Shown here one piece after another: positions 26,500 to 40,513 of a stretch of 64,000 nt of DNA. The notes under the pieces were generated by a model. That model was not told the DNA's origin and searched no databases. It worked only from the letters and a program-made list of their open reading frames with translations. The stretch spans positions 4,402,001 through 4,466,000 of the forward strand of contig CM120647.1 of the NCBI GenBank assembly GCA_051362555.1, given 5' to 3'. The stretch is from Lingula anatina. Its lineage: Eukaryota > Animalia > Brachiopoda. Numbering within the stretch: position 1 is the stretch's first letter; each line of letters starts with the position of its first letter. Both the position numbers and the translations under genes were made by a program.

Positions 26500-27950
26500 C
26501 ACAAAATGTGTGTAGGCAAGATATTTCTACAAGTAACCTCATTAATCAGTCAGGAAACTTCATAATGCCCCCAATAAATGTAGAAATTTCAGCAAGAGAA
26601 ATTCTACATACAGACATGACAGATTTACCATATATTGCCACCAACCTTGAACTGAATGGACATTTTAAAGAACAAAGTGAGTTAAAAATGAATAAGATAT
26701 AAAAAAACAGATACTGTCATTCTTAATACTGAAAAACAATGGCACCTTGCAGCCTTCACTGCCTCACTATTTGTAGACAATGTTCTAGTCACTGTCACTG
26801 TGTACTTTTGGTGAGGCATAGATGCAAGGATAACTCCTTTGAAGTATATTGTGGAGGTCTTTTTTGTCATAAATCTGCCACATATAACATGAATGTACAT
26901 ATTTCAATTCACACCGCAGCGGCTTGTCTTAGTAAGAACTCAATCAGTTGAAAACTTGTGGCACAGCTTCAGGGGCAGGATCAAACCAACTACCCTTGCA
27001 TTGATGATGGATCTACTAGTACAAATGTTTGGTAAGAGATAATTATCTATGTCTTGTCCTCCTAGTTTCTCTAATACCATTTCCTCTGATCTATCTCACA
27101 TCAATCTCTACAGCTTTACCAACTTCTACACAGTTTTTGCATCTGAAAGTATAAAGCAAAAAATGTAATAAAGCACTATCAATTTACTTGTTATATATTG
27201 ATTTCAGAGCGAGGGAAAAAAGGCAGAAACCTTATATCATAATCAATATAATTGAAAATCAATTATGCATAATCAAATAGCTTTAATTGTACATACTAGT
27301 GACGATTTAATCTTTTAAAATAATAATAACCACAAATGATGTGGAGGTCAACTGCCACAAAATAAGTTGTTATGTACTTGGTAGCCTGAGAAATAATATC
27401 AGGTATAAATATGAGCAGCAACAATACCACAGAGTTAACAACGACACAAGCATATGGTGTTATATAGCAAAATTTCATGCATCACTTGCTGTGGCCGTGT
27501 CCTCCTCGAACTATCGTGCATATCAGCTTTTGATTTTCAATGTCATCAAAATTTTGTATTGTTGTTAGTTAGATCTATGTATCTGCTATTCAAATAGTAT
27601 TGTTTGGAAAATAACTAAAAGATTTGATTATGCTTTTGCAACACGAAATTATCATTAATTTTGCCGGTTCACGTGTACACAGTACCTTGCTATCAATGCT
27701 GATCTTTTCTCCCCAACTCGCCACTGACAGGCTAACCACATCGTTATAAAACAAAGTTAGCATGATCCTTTACTTTTTTTGTTGGCAGTTTCGCCCCGGG
27801 GACATCGTCTTCGGTTAAAAACAACGTATCGCTTTCAACCATTTCTGCATTGCTCTTGTACAAAATGTCCGCTCGCTGCCCCCAAGGGAAAAATCGTAGC
27901 ACGTGGGTAGTAACGCAAGACCTGTGACGTATAACGCCCGCAAGGTTGTT
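26500..27950. pseudogene. ISL2EU-like transposon remnant: SAP/SWIM (YqaJ-associated) gene on minus; possible DDE_Tnp_4 C-terminus on plus
   Basis: Minus: LTEDDVPGAKLP...WLAC...LIAR (SAP-like), ID.RGKWY, YFKGVILASM..KYTVTV...AARCHC (SWIM-like). Plus: FIMPP...ISAREILHT. Disabled; boundaries uncertain. Confidence 0.5.
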
Positions 27951-28425
27951 ATTATAGTCAACTAATAAAACCGAGAAAGCAATTAAGTGATGACACATTG
28001 AATATAATCACTAGGCGCTGAGTGTTAACAAGATCTAACGAAACATTTTATCGCCACGCGTTCAAGTCTGATAAATCAGGGGATTTTTATTGTGAATCGG
28101 GGAATCAGGAGATATGTCCCTAGATGGGGAGATTTTCGAGAAGACCGGTAGTGTTGTAAGGTCTGAGGAATTAAGTCTGTAAAATGTGAAGGCTAACATA
28201 GATTATCATACAGTGAATGGTATCATACGTGCATTATATCTTCAGTGTGTGCAATAACGAGTGACGCAAACACGGAAAGATGTAAGCAAGGAGGGTGTGT
28301 TTGTTTATGGGAAGGGGGGGGGGCAGTTAGTGCTATTTGTTTGTGTAGTTGGCTAAAATAAAATAGTCCAGAATAGTGTACGTACACGTTTACGTAGTTG
28401 AACATGGAAAAGTTTTCAACTGATA

Positions 28426-28460
<35 letters not shown>

Positions 28461-29079
28461 ACTTGGCTAAAAACTAAATAGAATGTTTAGAAATTTAAAC
28501 TTACTCTGGTGACATTGCGTCATGGCTATGAATCTGACATGGAGCTACTCCGCAATATTAGTGAATTTATAATTAATAGCTAAAACGTTAATTGACATCT
28601 TTCCTAATTTGTCAGATAACAAAAAATGCCGGTGATATAAGTGGAGGTTAAGCTATTCCGTCAAAATCGTTTAGCGACCCTATCATTATCACACTCCCTC
28701 TATTGTATTTTCTGACGTTATAATTGTATCTAATCTTCTTATGTTAGATTGAATAAATGCACACATACATAATCTTATGACGGTATAACATTTTGTACGG
28801 TGTGTACGAACTATTTGTTATGGGCAAATGACATTATTTTTTTAAGTGCATTATCGTGAATTACAGAAAAGCACAGGCAGTTCATTTATAAGCATGATAA
28901 CTTTTTCTATAATCTACTTTAAAAAAAGCGTGGTAAGAGTTTTCTGGCCGACAGTGATTTAGTGCGATGTAACAAACGGAAATATTTGATAAAAAAAAAG
29001 TATGGCATATGAAAAGAGAAACATGTCTGCAAATTAACTGAGGGTAAACAATGCTTAAAGATGGCAACATATGCACCTT

Positions 29080-29099
29080 ATAATAATAATAATAATAAA

Positions 29100-29138
<39 letters not shown>
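29080..29138. repeat. (TAA)n abutting (ATT)n microsatellite (self-complementary)
   Basis: Read directly from the sequence. Confidence 0.9.
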
Positions 29139-29139
<1 letters not shown>

Positions 29140-29670
29140 TGGCAATTTCGCTATATTACTTAAGTGTAGAAATTATGCGTTTCGCAGCATACAGTACAAG
29201 TATATATATTGATGCACCTTGAAAGATCTTCTTCAGGGATTATCATAATTATCATAATTATCAATATGATAATCCCCGAAAAAGCCAAGGAGCCGAAAGC
29301 TCGGATTGTATTTTACACCTATTATGTAGATCTTTCAAGGTGCATCAATATATATACTTTTATTTTTATCAAGATCTGTACTGTGAATTAACATGGAGCA
29401 GCATACAGTATAGCCGCTCGGAGTTCCCGTCAAGGAGAGTTCTACAATGCATGCATTGTTGTTTTGTATGCAGAACACACCTTTCCGTATTAAAGTACTA
29501 AAATTTACATTATTTTATACAATGGTATCGCTAAAAATAGGCCGCGACAAGTGTTCTTCGGAATTGGAACCCTTTTCGTGGTATGACATGTTATTGTTAT
29601 AGGTAGATGCCTTTGTGTGTAGAGAAAGTAGGGATTACTCTATGGCTGGTTATATTGCTTAATTACTTAC

Positions 29671-32217
29671 TTGTTTTTCTCGTCTGAGTCCCAAGAACAG
29701 GAGGAACCGATGTTTGACGTATATCTCCGAAAACCATTGCGTATTTATTACAGTTTGGTTCAAAATGGCCTTTAAAGTGAAATCGTCCAAGGCGGTCGGT
29801 AGGTCGCCTCCTGTGTCTTGACATAGCTCACGTGATCTTAACCAGCTAAGGGGCGGTCTTGCGTCTTTGGATTGTAATTCGGTAAGTACGTTATAGCATT
29901 TTCCAAAGAAACATGACGTTTTGCTACCGTTATGAAAATCTTCAAAGCTGTCAGAGATGTCAACATAGTTTTCTAGATTGTAAGCAAGGTCCATGTCTTT
30001 TTCCTGCCGAGGGTCTGAGTCATTGGGTAGAGGCTCTAAGACAATACAGACTGTCCACGCACTGAGAGTGCTCCAAGTGTGTTCAATATAGAAACTGTAG
30101 TATCTAGTATCTTTCAAGCTAAATGTCGGCGTGCTAGCGAGTATGCGACCTGTCGGAGCTTTATTATGCCCTTCACCTGAGGCAGATGTGGAATGTTCTT
30201 CTATTTTAAACTTGACTCCATTCTCTGTGGAATAACATCCTGACGTCATTGCGAATTTCAGCAAATAAAAACACTTGCAGTACCTGTCGTTTTTTAATGT
30301 AATTGTATATGTAATTCCGGCATATTGCCGTCCACAAGTCCCTATTAAGAAACCTGGCGATTTGGTAAACGTTTTGTTGTGCGTTCTCACTCTTTCAGTT
30401 GACGAATTTGTCCAAAACTCATTGGTGAAAGAAAAAGATGAACAGAAAGCGGATTTAATAACTTTACTGATAGGCGCGAAAGTTTTTATTAGGAGCATGT
30501 CACCTGTATGGATGCTATACTCAGAGATAAAGATTTCACATGGAGATTGAATAGAATTCCGCCATTTTTGTTTATAATACATCGTCATTTCTGTCCCAAG
30601 TACAAAAAACGCGTTCTGCAGAATTGGGCTACTATAACAAATGGACAGCATTCCATTAACTTGGCAATCTGAATTAATCGATATACTTCCATTATATCTT
30701 ATTTGGCATGTGTCGTTAATGACAAAAATCATAAATGAACGTTTACTGGGAATAAACATAAATGGTGTATAAATGTGCCCAAACTGGTTGCTTACACGCT
30801 TAGATGACACAATGTATGTTATGTAAGGTCTAGGGTTTAAACACGACACACTGATATTGTCAAATCGAAAACAGTAGATTATTATTCGTGGTCGATTCAA
30901 ATAGATAACCGCCTCGAGTTGTTCAATATCATTGAAGGTGCAACTCGGCCCGACCACCGCCAAGTTATCATGTAAGGGACTGTAACCAGTAAGTATTTTC
31001 CCAACGAATAGACACTTTTTTCCAAGTTGTAGGTGCAGCGTTGGAAAGTGTGATATCAATTCGCGAAAGTTGCTTACTAAACTAACCATGGAATTTGAGA
31101 AAAGATCGATATCATGGCGAACTAATGATCCAGGGGTTACTCTTCGACGAACCAATGGGCGGTCTCTGAAGTTTCTACAAGACCTGTCCAGGAGGCCGTT
31201 AGCGTTTCTAGAAGATTGGCATATTTTTCCGGGGGTAAAGCGTGTTACTAAAGACGAGTAATGGGCAACAAACACCCATGGCGTAGAACCTGGTATGCGC
31301 CTTTCCTCAGTTAAGTTAAAAAATGCATTCCAACCTATCGTTTTAATGGAACCATTTCTCAGCGGCATCTGAGTGTCAGTTTGATACAAAATTATCCTGG
31401 ACCCTGGGGGTCCTTCGTATACTTGCAATGTATACGGCATACCGGTAGAGATTTTGGAAGAAATTTTCCAGCGTAGTCTAATCTGATGACCACCTGGGAC
31501 ACTGATATGAACGTGATATTCCACTTTACTATCGCACTGCGTCGAAATTAGCTCTGTTGTTGGATGAAACTCGCCTCGGCGCGAAGACAAAACTGTAGGT
31601 AGTTTAACTTGATGACAGTCTGAGAATACTGCATGATATTCGATATGAAATCCGGAAGATTCCCTATCGTCATCTGTGAAAAATTCCGCGCAGAACTTAT
31701 TTCCATGCAGGGTGAGCTTCGTTGAGTTGAGATAGGTCAGCCCTCCACAAAATTTACCGTAGTGACGGGAGTTATTACATGAGCCGATAGATACGGCAAG
31801 ATAATCGTTATATTCTAACGAGAAATGGTTAAATGTGAACCTTACCCCGCTACCCTTGGTAGTGTTTATCTCCCATCTCTGTCTGTGCATTCGTGGATAT
31901 CGACCAATGCCAAAATTTGGACTTTGAATAACACCGTAATTCCCAGTGTTGACCAGAACAATTATATCACCCTCTCTACGAATATTCGTTTGTTGCCCAC
32001 ACTCGGCCCACACACACTGTCGAATTAAGTTCCTCGTTAAGTTCCAGGCTTTATAACGTGTCAGCGCCGGTAATTGCAACACAGATCTCTTCAAGCATTC
32101 CCGAATTGATGAACGCGCATTAGACGCTGTTAAGAGAACAATGTCATCACTGACACCACATACAGAGAAAAGCGTGAAAACTGAAAGGAATATGCACCAC
32201 GTCTTTTTGATTCCCAT
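29671..32217 (-). CDS. Large first coding exon of a secreted or membrane protein: signal peptide, CUB domain(s), start of a C-type lectin domain
   Basis: 849 open codons from ATG 32217; hydrophobic N-terminus; CUB motifs GVIQSPNF..YP, VRFTFNHFSLEYNDYL, GKFCG, FFTDDDRESSGF; CTLD-like CFFGKCY..LSW..SRELCQDTGGDL..FLGLRR; GTAAGT donor at 29670. Confidence 0.85.
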
Positions 32218-35029
32218 CGCCAAATCTCAAATCTACTGCCGCCTAAGTAGTGCTGCACGCTACTGACACGAACGATAAAACACTGCTCTTTAACTTGTGT
32301 AATCAGCAAATGGGCGCCGTGCAATCTAATGATGGTTCTTTTATTGATTCAAGTACATTAATATTTAAAAGAATGAATCAAAATTGTCAAAAGAGGTGGA
32401 TGTCATAATATATGGCTGTCTTAGAAAACGTTGTCTCGTTGCCGTACCAGAGTGACGTGTCAGAATGTCCCCCAAGATAAAGAGTGCGGTTCCCTTAAAT
32501 TTGCTCTGGTAAGACTCGACCTAATGTTGACGCACTTAATAATTATTACGTCAGGCCAACCCTAATCTTTATAATTAAATGGAGGGCGGACTCTCTGTTT
32601 CCAACTAGTCTTTTATTATTCCAAAATTATAATAAATAAATAGATAAATAAATAAGAAACATGTAGTATCAAAGCTCAGAGCAACAGAACCATTTAAAAC
32701 ATAGTAATCACAGCTTAGGTGATATAATCAAAATATAAAATTTTACGAGATCAAAAGATCCAGTGGAATGATATAACATGTCGACAATATTTATTAGCTA
32801 ATTTTGTTTTTATTTTGACATGACAAAATCGACACTTTTCGAAGGAACAGAAATACATGTACCACTACTTTTATTCCTACTAATTTTATAAATTATTGCA
32901 TTTCCTAAAACCAGTATCTTTCAAATGACGATTGCTTACATATTTTAGAATTTGGAGCAGTTTTTACATTACATGTTTTATCATAAAGACACAAAGCGAG
33001 GAAGCACTTCAAAACAGACTGTGCCATTACCAAGCCGTCAAATTGTATATTTACATTGTTTATTACTACTTGGTTTATTTCTATATATTGGCGTCACAGG
33101 AAGTCAAAAGTTATGGTGTTACAAGGATTTCATTCAAATTTTGTTAAGAAAAAGTCCCAAAATTGTGTAGCATACGGCCTAACGTGTCCAGAAGACAAAG
33201 CAGTGACGTCCTGTACATAAAACACTTTTTGGTCATCATGAATTCTTAAACATGTGCTGGAAGCCGAAGGCGTGTTTATGGCCACAAGTGGTTGCTCTCC
33301 CCAAGAGCGATAGAGACGTTGCTGCTGCTCATGCGCGAACGTTTCCGAGACGTCTGAAACCTGGTTGTCTTTAAAACATGTACAATATCTCTAAAGACAC
33401 TTAAAACCACTACTTCAGGTTTATTGTGCAGTCAAATAGTTATTTATGTAACTTAATGTTCTCAAGCACAAAGAAGTTAAGTTTTTGCTCAAAATTAAAT
33501 AATAAATAAGACTATTTGACTGATAATGGCATTTATTAAAATGAAGATGTGTAATATGATACAAGATGGAGGATTTAACATCATACATCCACAATACAAG
33601 AGAGCAAAATAAATGGCGGGATTGTGATCTTCTCTCACTTCTTGGGGCCATGGTATAAAGATAGATCAACCAAACAACAGAGCTGGAGCCAGATATAATA
33701 CGCTCCTATGCCCTTGTTGCAACACCAGAAGTACAATCTTTGGCAGCCAAGAAAACATCCGACCATTATATCAAATAATTCACAAGACTGTACGCTGAGA
33801 ACAATTTTACTGAAAGCTATCCATTTATACATCAAACGTCATGTGATAGCGTTAATTTATGTAAAATATAACAAAATAATTACGGATTTATGACTATGTT
33901 TCCAAATTTAAGATGTACGAACAGTAAACTAAAGTGAGTCTTGCAACAATAATATAATATGAAAAAATAATATGAAAATTCTGACTTCCACTTCCATTGT
34001 GTTTATATCTTCAGGAGCAAATGTTTTTACCGGTAAAGTAAACTAAATTTCGCCCATAGAGGCTTGCAATTGTATAAAGAGAGAAAGAGAGAAACGTAGA
34101 ACAAAGAGACAAAGGATAAAGAGAGAAACAGAACAAAGTAAATGCGAGCATCTGCAAGACTTGACTATCTTCAAGAAATGAACCTACCCCCTACATAATA
34201 AGCATACTAAATACCTTCGTGATAAAATGAACCATTAGGGGCAAAACCAGATATAACAACGAGTGTGAGCAAGTTATGTCGGGGAGGGGGTAAGGTAAAA
34301 AAAGAGTGGGATAACTTAAGAAGAACATTGATTTGAACATAATTACAGCACGGAAAGCTACATTAAGCTGATTATTGGATCTGTCCAGTCCATACGGTCC
34401 GTAAGTCTGTCGATTGGTGAAGAATTGCCGAATATTGAATACCACATACCCTAGGTTCTAATTTCAGTTTTTCCAGCTCGACCTTGAATTCATATATAAA
34501 CCATATCCACAAAACTGAGTATAGACACTAACGTAATGCAGGGGGTGTGTTCCGCAAAATTTTGCCCGGGGCGCTTCAATATTTTGAAGTCATAAGCCTC
34601 GTACGTCACAGCTCTGCCCCGCCTGGAGCTGCCTTTCCCGCCTTGCGCTTGACGTTCTCTCGTGCAGACGAGACAAAGAAACAAAGTGGCTGTCGCAGAG
34701 TTTGAAGTTTTACTAAGAATACCTTGCAATCGAAAGTCAGTGCCACAACACAAGCACCTTTCTGCTTTAAAAATATTGGTCATACAGTGTACCTCTCAAA
34801 CTTGGCACACGGCAAGCACGAGTATTGTGTTTGTATCTTCAGGAGCAAATGTTTTTGATAATAAAAAATACAAAAACATGTGGTATGTCTTTTTTTAAAT
34901 ACATTATTCATTTTTTAATTCACATCTTAAATACAGTATGTATCCAATTAAACAAATAAAAAATATAGTTTCATTTTCGACTTATGACTTTCAACTGCAT
35001 TTTCCCTGCGAAGCAGTTCCTTTGATTAT

Positions 35030-35251
35030 ACCCCCTTTACACTGGACGGCGTCCTTTCTGCGTCTTTTCTGCGACCATGAAATTTGGCATCACAGTGGTC
35101 TTAATAAGGAGACGCGAGCATTGATTTTGTATCAGAATGAATGCTCAATGATCGGCCAGTTGTCGGCAGGTAAATTATTTAAAAAATTTAACTCCCAAAT
35201 CGGTCCGTACTGCTGGACGCAGAAAGGACGCCGTCCAGAGTAAAGGGCCCC
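35030..35251. mobile_element. Harbinger-like MITE H2
   Basis: Same TIR and body as 16658-16867. Confidence 0.8.
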
Positions 35252-35389
35252 TTAACGGATACTCTAGATTGTTCAGCAGGGGCACTGTAAAGCTATTACA
35301 TCATAAAAAGTTATAGTGAGCAAGCTAGCTTTATAATGCCCTGACACTCAGGGCACCCATAGTCTCCCTATTCAAAATTCACAGGCACC

Positions 35390-38300
35390 CGCCACTAAGG
35401 GAATGAACAGTAAATGTTTAAGTTTTTGGACTGTTCACTTGGCTGCACACCCGCTCAGTCGCATTTGCAAAATTGAGGAAACAAATTTTAGATGAAATAA
35501 GTTATCAATTATTTTTTAGCTTCCGTGATTGAATAAAGAGATGACAGCCCCGTAGAAGAAAGCTTTATGATGCACTCCTGGTTAATGCATGTTTCTTTCA
35601 ATGATCGTTTTATTGCCATTTGTTTCATAACGATAATAACATAGAATCATCACTGTATATCTTAAACGCATGTTTCAATTGGTTGTTCTTCTCAGTCGGT
35701 TGTTTCAAATAAATTGGACATATAAGGGTAGAACCCTATAGGATGTTGTTTCAAAACTTAATTGCGGGGCTTCGCATTAATAGAAAGGGGAAACATTACA
35801 CATCCAGATTACACTTTTCGTGTAAACAAGAATCTCTGTGTTCGCCGCAAGGGCTGATCAAAGCGTTTCTAAATGATTTCAAGTCAAAATTTGACTTTCT
35901 AAATTACATATCAGATCTTAAACATTTATAAAAAACAAATCTTTGTCAACTAATGAAGGAACATTTTGCTGGATTATTATCCACTTTAGAATCACAACTG
36001 TTTTCGTAGGAACGGGTTAGGGAGTCTGTCGCCGTCCAGTGACGCACAGAAATACCAAGTAGGTAGAAGACCTCAATTTTGTATGTTATCAGGGGCCATT
36101 CTCGAAAAAATCCATTTCACAAAAAACAATGATAGCCGAGCGCACACGTGTGCTGAAAGTCCATTTTGTCAAAACCCATTAAGAGGTAAATATGACAGCC
36201 ATGGAAGGTAATATAATGTTTTATCTACTTTTCCATTTAATACAAATAAGGACTAGGAATTTCAATTTTTCACGCCTGCTTATTTTTTATGAATTTTCCT
36301 TCACGGGCCTCTGCTATTCTCATCATTATTGGTCGTCAATTATAAAATAACACTTGAGGCAGGCAAATTACAACACGAATCATGTATACTAGTCTTATTG
36401 TCTCTGGCAGTACACTGAAGAGTTTCAGTTTTTGTGAACGTTTCCTCTTCATTGTTCCGTTTGGAGCAAAACTGAGGTAATTTGAAATCAATGAGCTTTC
36501 AATAATTGTGCAGGAAATGACCACACCATCTATCTGTGGTGGTAAACAAAGAAACCCAGAAATGAAATATCGATTATGTGTTGGCCCTTGACATGATCTT
36601 CCCGTCGTTACAGATTTCAAAGGATGCAAACTGACACAGAATTCAACTCAAAGTCAAATTGTATACACATAATAGACCTCGTATTCATTTGTTATTGGTT
36701 GTCAGGTGAACTCCTACTTTTCGTTTTCACATTCATTATAAAGAGCCAAAAGCTCACATTTACATAGCCCATCCATCCCCTGGGTAATTAGACGCACATT
36801 TGGTAAATTACTGTGTGGTCTCTGCTACCGAAGGAATGAACATTAAAGTTTTCAAAAGTTTTTGGACTGTTCAGATGGCTGCACACCCGCTCAGTTGCAT
36901 TTGCTTAATTGAGGTAACAAATTTTAGATGAAATAAGTTATCAAGTATTTTTACGCCCCTTCAGCTTCTGTGATTGAACAAAGAGACGAGAGCCCCGCAG
37001 AGGAAAGCTTTATGATGCTCTCCTGGTTAATGCATGATTCTTTCAATGATCGTTTTATGGCCATTTGTAACATAACGATAATGACATGGAATCATTAATG
37101 TATACTAGACTGATAGTTTTATTGTTTCTGGCAGTTCATTGAAGAGTTTCAATTTTTGTGAACGTTTCCTCTTCATTGTTCCGTTTGGAGCAATACTGAG
37201 GTAATTTGAAATTAATGAGCTTTCAATAATAATGCAGGAAATGACCACACTATCTATCTGTGGTGGTAAACAAAGGAACCCAGAAATGAAGTATCGATTA
37301 GTTGTTGGCACTTGACATGATCTTCCCGTCGTACCGATTTCAAAGGATGCAAACTGACACAGAATTCAACTAAAAGTCAATGTGCATTCACGTAATAGGC
37401 CTCGTATACATTTGTTATTGGTTGTCAAGCGAACTCCTACTTTTCGTTTTCACCTTAAATATAAAGAGCCAAAAGCTCACATTTACATAACCCATCCAAC
37501 CCCTGGGTAATTAGACGCACATTTGGTAAATTACTGTGTGCTCTCTGCTACCGAGGACGAACATTCAAGTTTTCAAGTTTTTTGGACTGATCACATGGCT
37601 GCACACCCGCTCAGTCGCATTTGCTTAATTGAGGAAACAATTTTTAGATGATATAAGTTATCAAGTGTTTTTTTACGCCCCTTTAGCTTCCGTGATTGAA
37701 CAAAGAGACGAGAGCCCTGTAGAAAATAGCTTTATGATGCTCTCCTGGTTAATGCATGTTTCTTTCAATGATCGTTTTATTGCTATTTGTTTCATAACAA
37801 TAATGACATGGAATCATTAATGTATACTAGACTGATAGTTTTATTGTTTTGGCAGTTCATTGAAGAGTTTCAGTTTTTGTGAACGTTTCCGCTTCATTGT
37901 TCCGTTTGGAGCAATACTGAGGTGCTTTGATATCAATGAGCTTTCAATAATAGTGCAGGGAATGACCGCACCATCTATCTGTGGTGGTAAACAAATGAAC
38001 CCAGAAATGAAATATCGATTATGTGTTGGCCCTTGACATGATCTTCCCGTCGTTACAGATTTTAAAGGATGCAAACTGACACAGAATTCAACTCAAAGTC
38101 AATGTGCATACATATAATAGGCCTCGTATACATTTGTTATTGGTTGTCAGGTGAACTCCTACTTTTCGTTTTCACCTTCATTATAAAGAGCCAAAAGCTC
38201 ACATTTACATAGCCCATCCATCCCCTGGGTAATTAGATGCACATTTGGTAAATTACTGTGTGGTCTCTGCTACCGAAGGAATGAACATTTAAGTTTTCAA

Positions 38301-38610
38301 AAAAATTTGGACTGTTCAGATGGCTGCACACCCGCTCAGTCGCTTTTGCTTTATTGAGGAAACATATTTTAGATGAAATAAGTTATCAAGTATTTTTACG
38401 CCAATTTAGCTTATGTGGTTGAACAAAGAGACGAGAGCCCCGTAGAGGAAAGCTTTATGATGCTCTCCTGGTTAATGCATGAATCTTTCAATGATCATTT
38501 TATTGCCATTTGTTTCATAACGATAATGACATGGAATCATCACTGTATATCTAAAACGCATGTTCCAGTGGGTTGTTCTTCTCAGTCGGTTGTTTCAAAT
38601 AAATTGGACA
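35390..38610. repeat. ~720-bp tandem duplication (three near-complete units plus a detached partial unit)
   Basis: ggctgcacacccgctcag recurs at ~35440, 36876, 37596 and 38321; the paralogous ORFs at 36336, 37105 and 37841 confirm the period. Confidence 0.9.
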
Positions 38611-39267
38611 TTTTCAAAATGCATCATTTCAAATACATCTCCATGAAAAAAATAAAAAATAAAAAATGCATGATTGCATCCCAAAAAGGGTTGAAATCTA
38701 CAAATCAAAACGTATTTTACTTGCGGGGTGTCGCTTTAACACCAAGCTCGGCTGACAGCTATTTAGCGTGAACCCCCAGGGAGTTAGGTCGATCTAAAGT
38801 AGATCGATCTAATATCTGGAAATGGGGTCAATGTCACCTACAAGAAGTGATTCAGTAGGGCTTATTTTTTGCTCATACAAAAACACATTGAATTTAACCA
38901 ACGATTCCTCCGGAGCGTCATTACATACACTAAAACATGGAACCTGCCATGAGCAAAGCTAGTAGTAACATAAATTGCAGTGCGAGGCACTCTTAGTACA
39001 GGGAGAGTATGTTTTTGTGCATGAGGTGCACATTTGATGGGGGAAAATTTACATTATAATTTTTTTTATATGAGCAGAAAAAGTAATGCGGCCGGGTATT
39101 ATAAAGTAACATTTTTTCATGGGCCCTAAAAAAGAAATAAGCCCAGCATATACTTATTTCATGACTATGGCCATTTACATGTCATCGACTTACATATTTT
39201 TATCTGTGAAGAAACATTGTGGCATGTAATTCTTATAATATTAATTTTGAATATTAATTTCACTATT

Positions 39268-40513
39268 GACCCCGTGTATGCACATATTAAATACTAATTA
39301 TGTTAATTGTATAAGCATTGATGCGTGAGATTCCGTGTTATCAGGTGGTTTTCGGGGATTTCATAAGCAACATGTCATAAAAAGTGCCCACTCATAATTT
39401 TTCACTTTAGATATCCCTTAACAGAATGACAAATTACAAATGTTACTTCCAGAAGATCCGTAATGAAAAGTATCCCCTCTCTATCAAAACAAAAGCGCTG
39501 GTAAATTTCATGATCTGGGTAAAAATCCAAAGGACTTTCGCGGTCCCGAAATATTCTTGGTCTTGCGACTGCCCTTTCCAGTTCATCCACGTCTTCACGA
39601 TAAACAGCAATAATAAAAGCCATAGAGAAATAATGTTGCTGCACAGCTTTGCACAAGTGAATGCCACTGTGTTGTACAGTCACTGAATCTAAGGACAAAA
39701 TTTCCACTAAGAGACCCAATGAGGTACCTTAAAGTTAAGGAGATATTTGTGGAAATTCTCATCTTTTATCGTAAAAAATGCTTTGTGTATACCACTTATG
39801 TTAAGGATGATCACTTAAGGAAATTCTTAGGGAAATTCTTAAAATAATTAACTTAAAGCAATAATAACTCTTCCTTTGAGATTCAAAATTCCGCATGAAA
39901 TACATTGTAAACAACGCCTGGAAATATATTCTGTTGCATTTTCCCACTAAAACGACTGTTATTGTAGTAAAATTAAAATCTGTGCTTGTCACTTGGGCTT
40001 TCGATGCCTTCCTTCGCGGTCGACAAGTGCATCCGTTGCTAATGACGTAATGGTGTCACGCGGATTCTCGCGTTCATTCGAGACCAAAATAACATGGCGG
40101 GAAACCCTCAGACGTAAGTTGGGACTTTTTTTACAGTGCGTCGGATAACGAAAAGCCCAGAATTGCACACATTGTAGATATAAATGCATTTTGAGCAAAA
40201 AAGACGAATATATCTTATGAATCTTATCATATTGTTATATAGTGTTGTTGTCTGCTTTTCCCGCGGTTTTAAGTAGGTCACTAGAAACTATCGCTCGATA
40301 CGAGAGGGCTCCGTCAGTTAAAATCTCTTAAGAGATTTTAACAAAAAACCGTACGTTTAGGATAAAAACCCTGGATTAACTTTAAATGCAGGAATGGGGT
40401 CGTTGACCATTGGTCAGTACAGGAAAATTGCCGTTTTTTTTTCCAGGAAAATCGTATTTTTGGCCAAAAGGAAAAGTTATTATGACTTTAAGATGTTTTG
40501 TGCATACGGGGCC
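39268..40513 (-). mobile_element. Deleted PIF/Harbinger transposon retaining a HARBI1-like transposase N-terminus
   Basis: ARPRIFRDRESPLDFYPDHEIYQRFCFDREGILFITDLL (~39450-39625, minus); TIR-like gaccccgtgtatgcaca / tgtgcatacggggcc. Confidence 0.7.

Larger units (their letters stand above)
14375..28783 (-). mobile_element. Second, inverted copy of the TA-flanked element, split by ~13.4 kb of nested insertions
   Basis: 14378-14539 matches the reverse complement of 5760-5920; 27950-28050 matches 5648-5759; 28655-28783 matches the 4918 terminus and is followed by TA. Confidence 0.65.

Noticed and set aside
28882-29391. Poly-Asn/Tyr/Ile ORFs
   Set aside because: Microsatellite translations.
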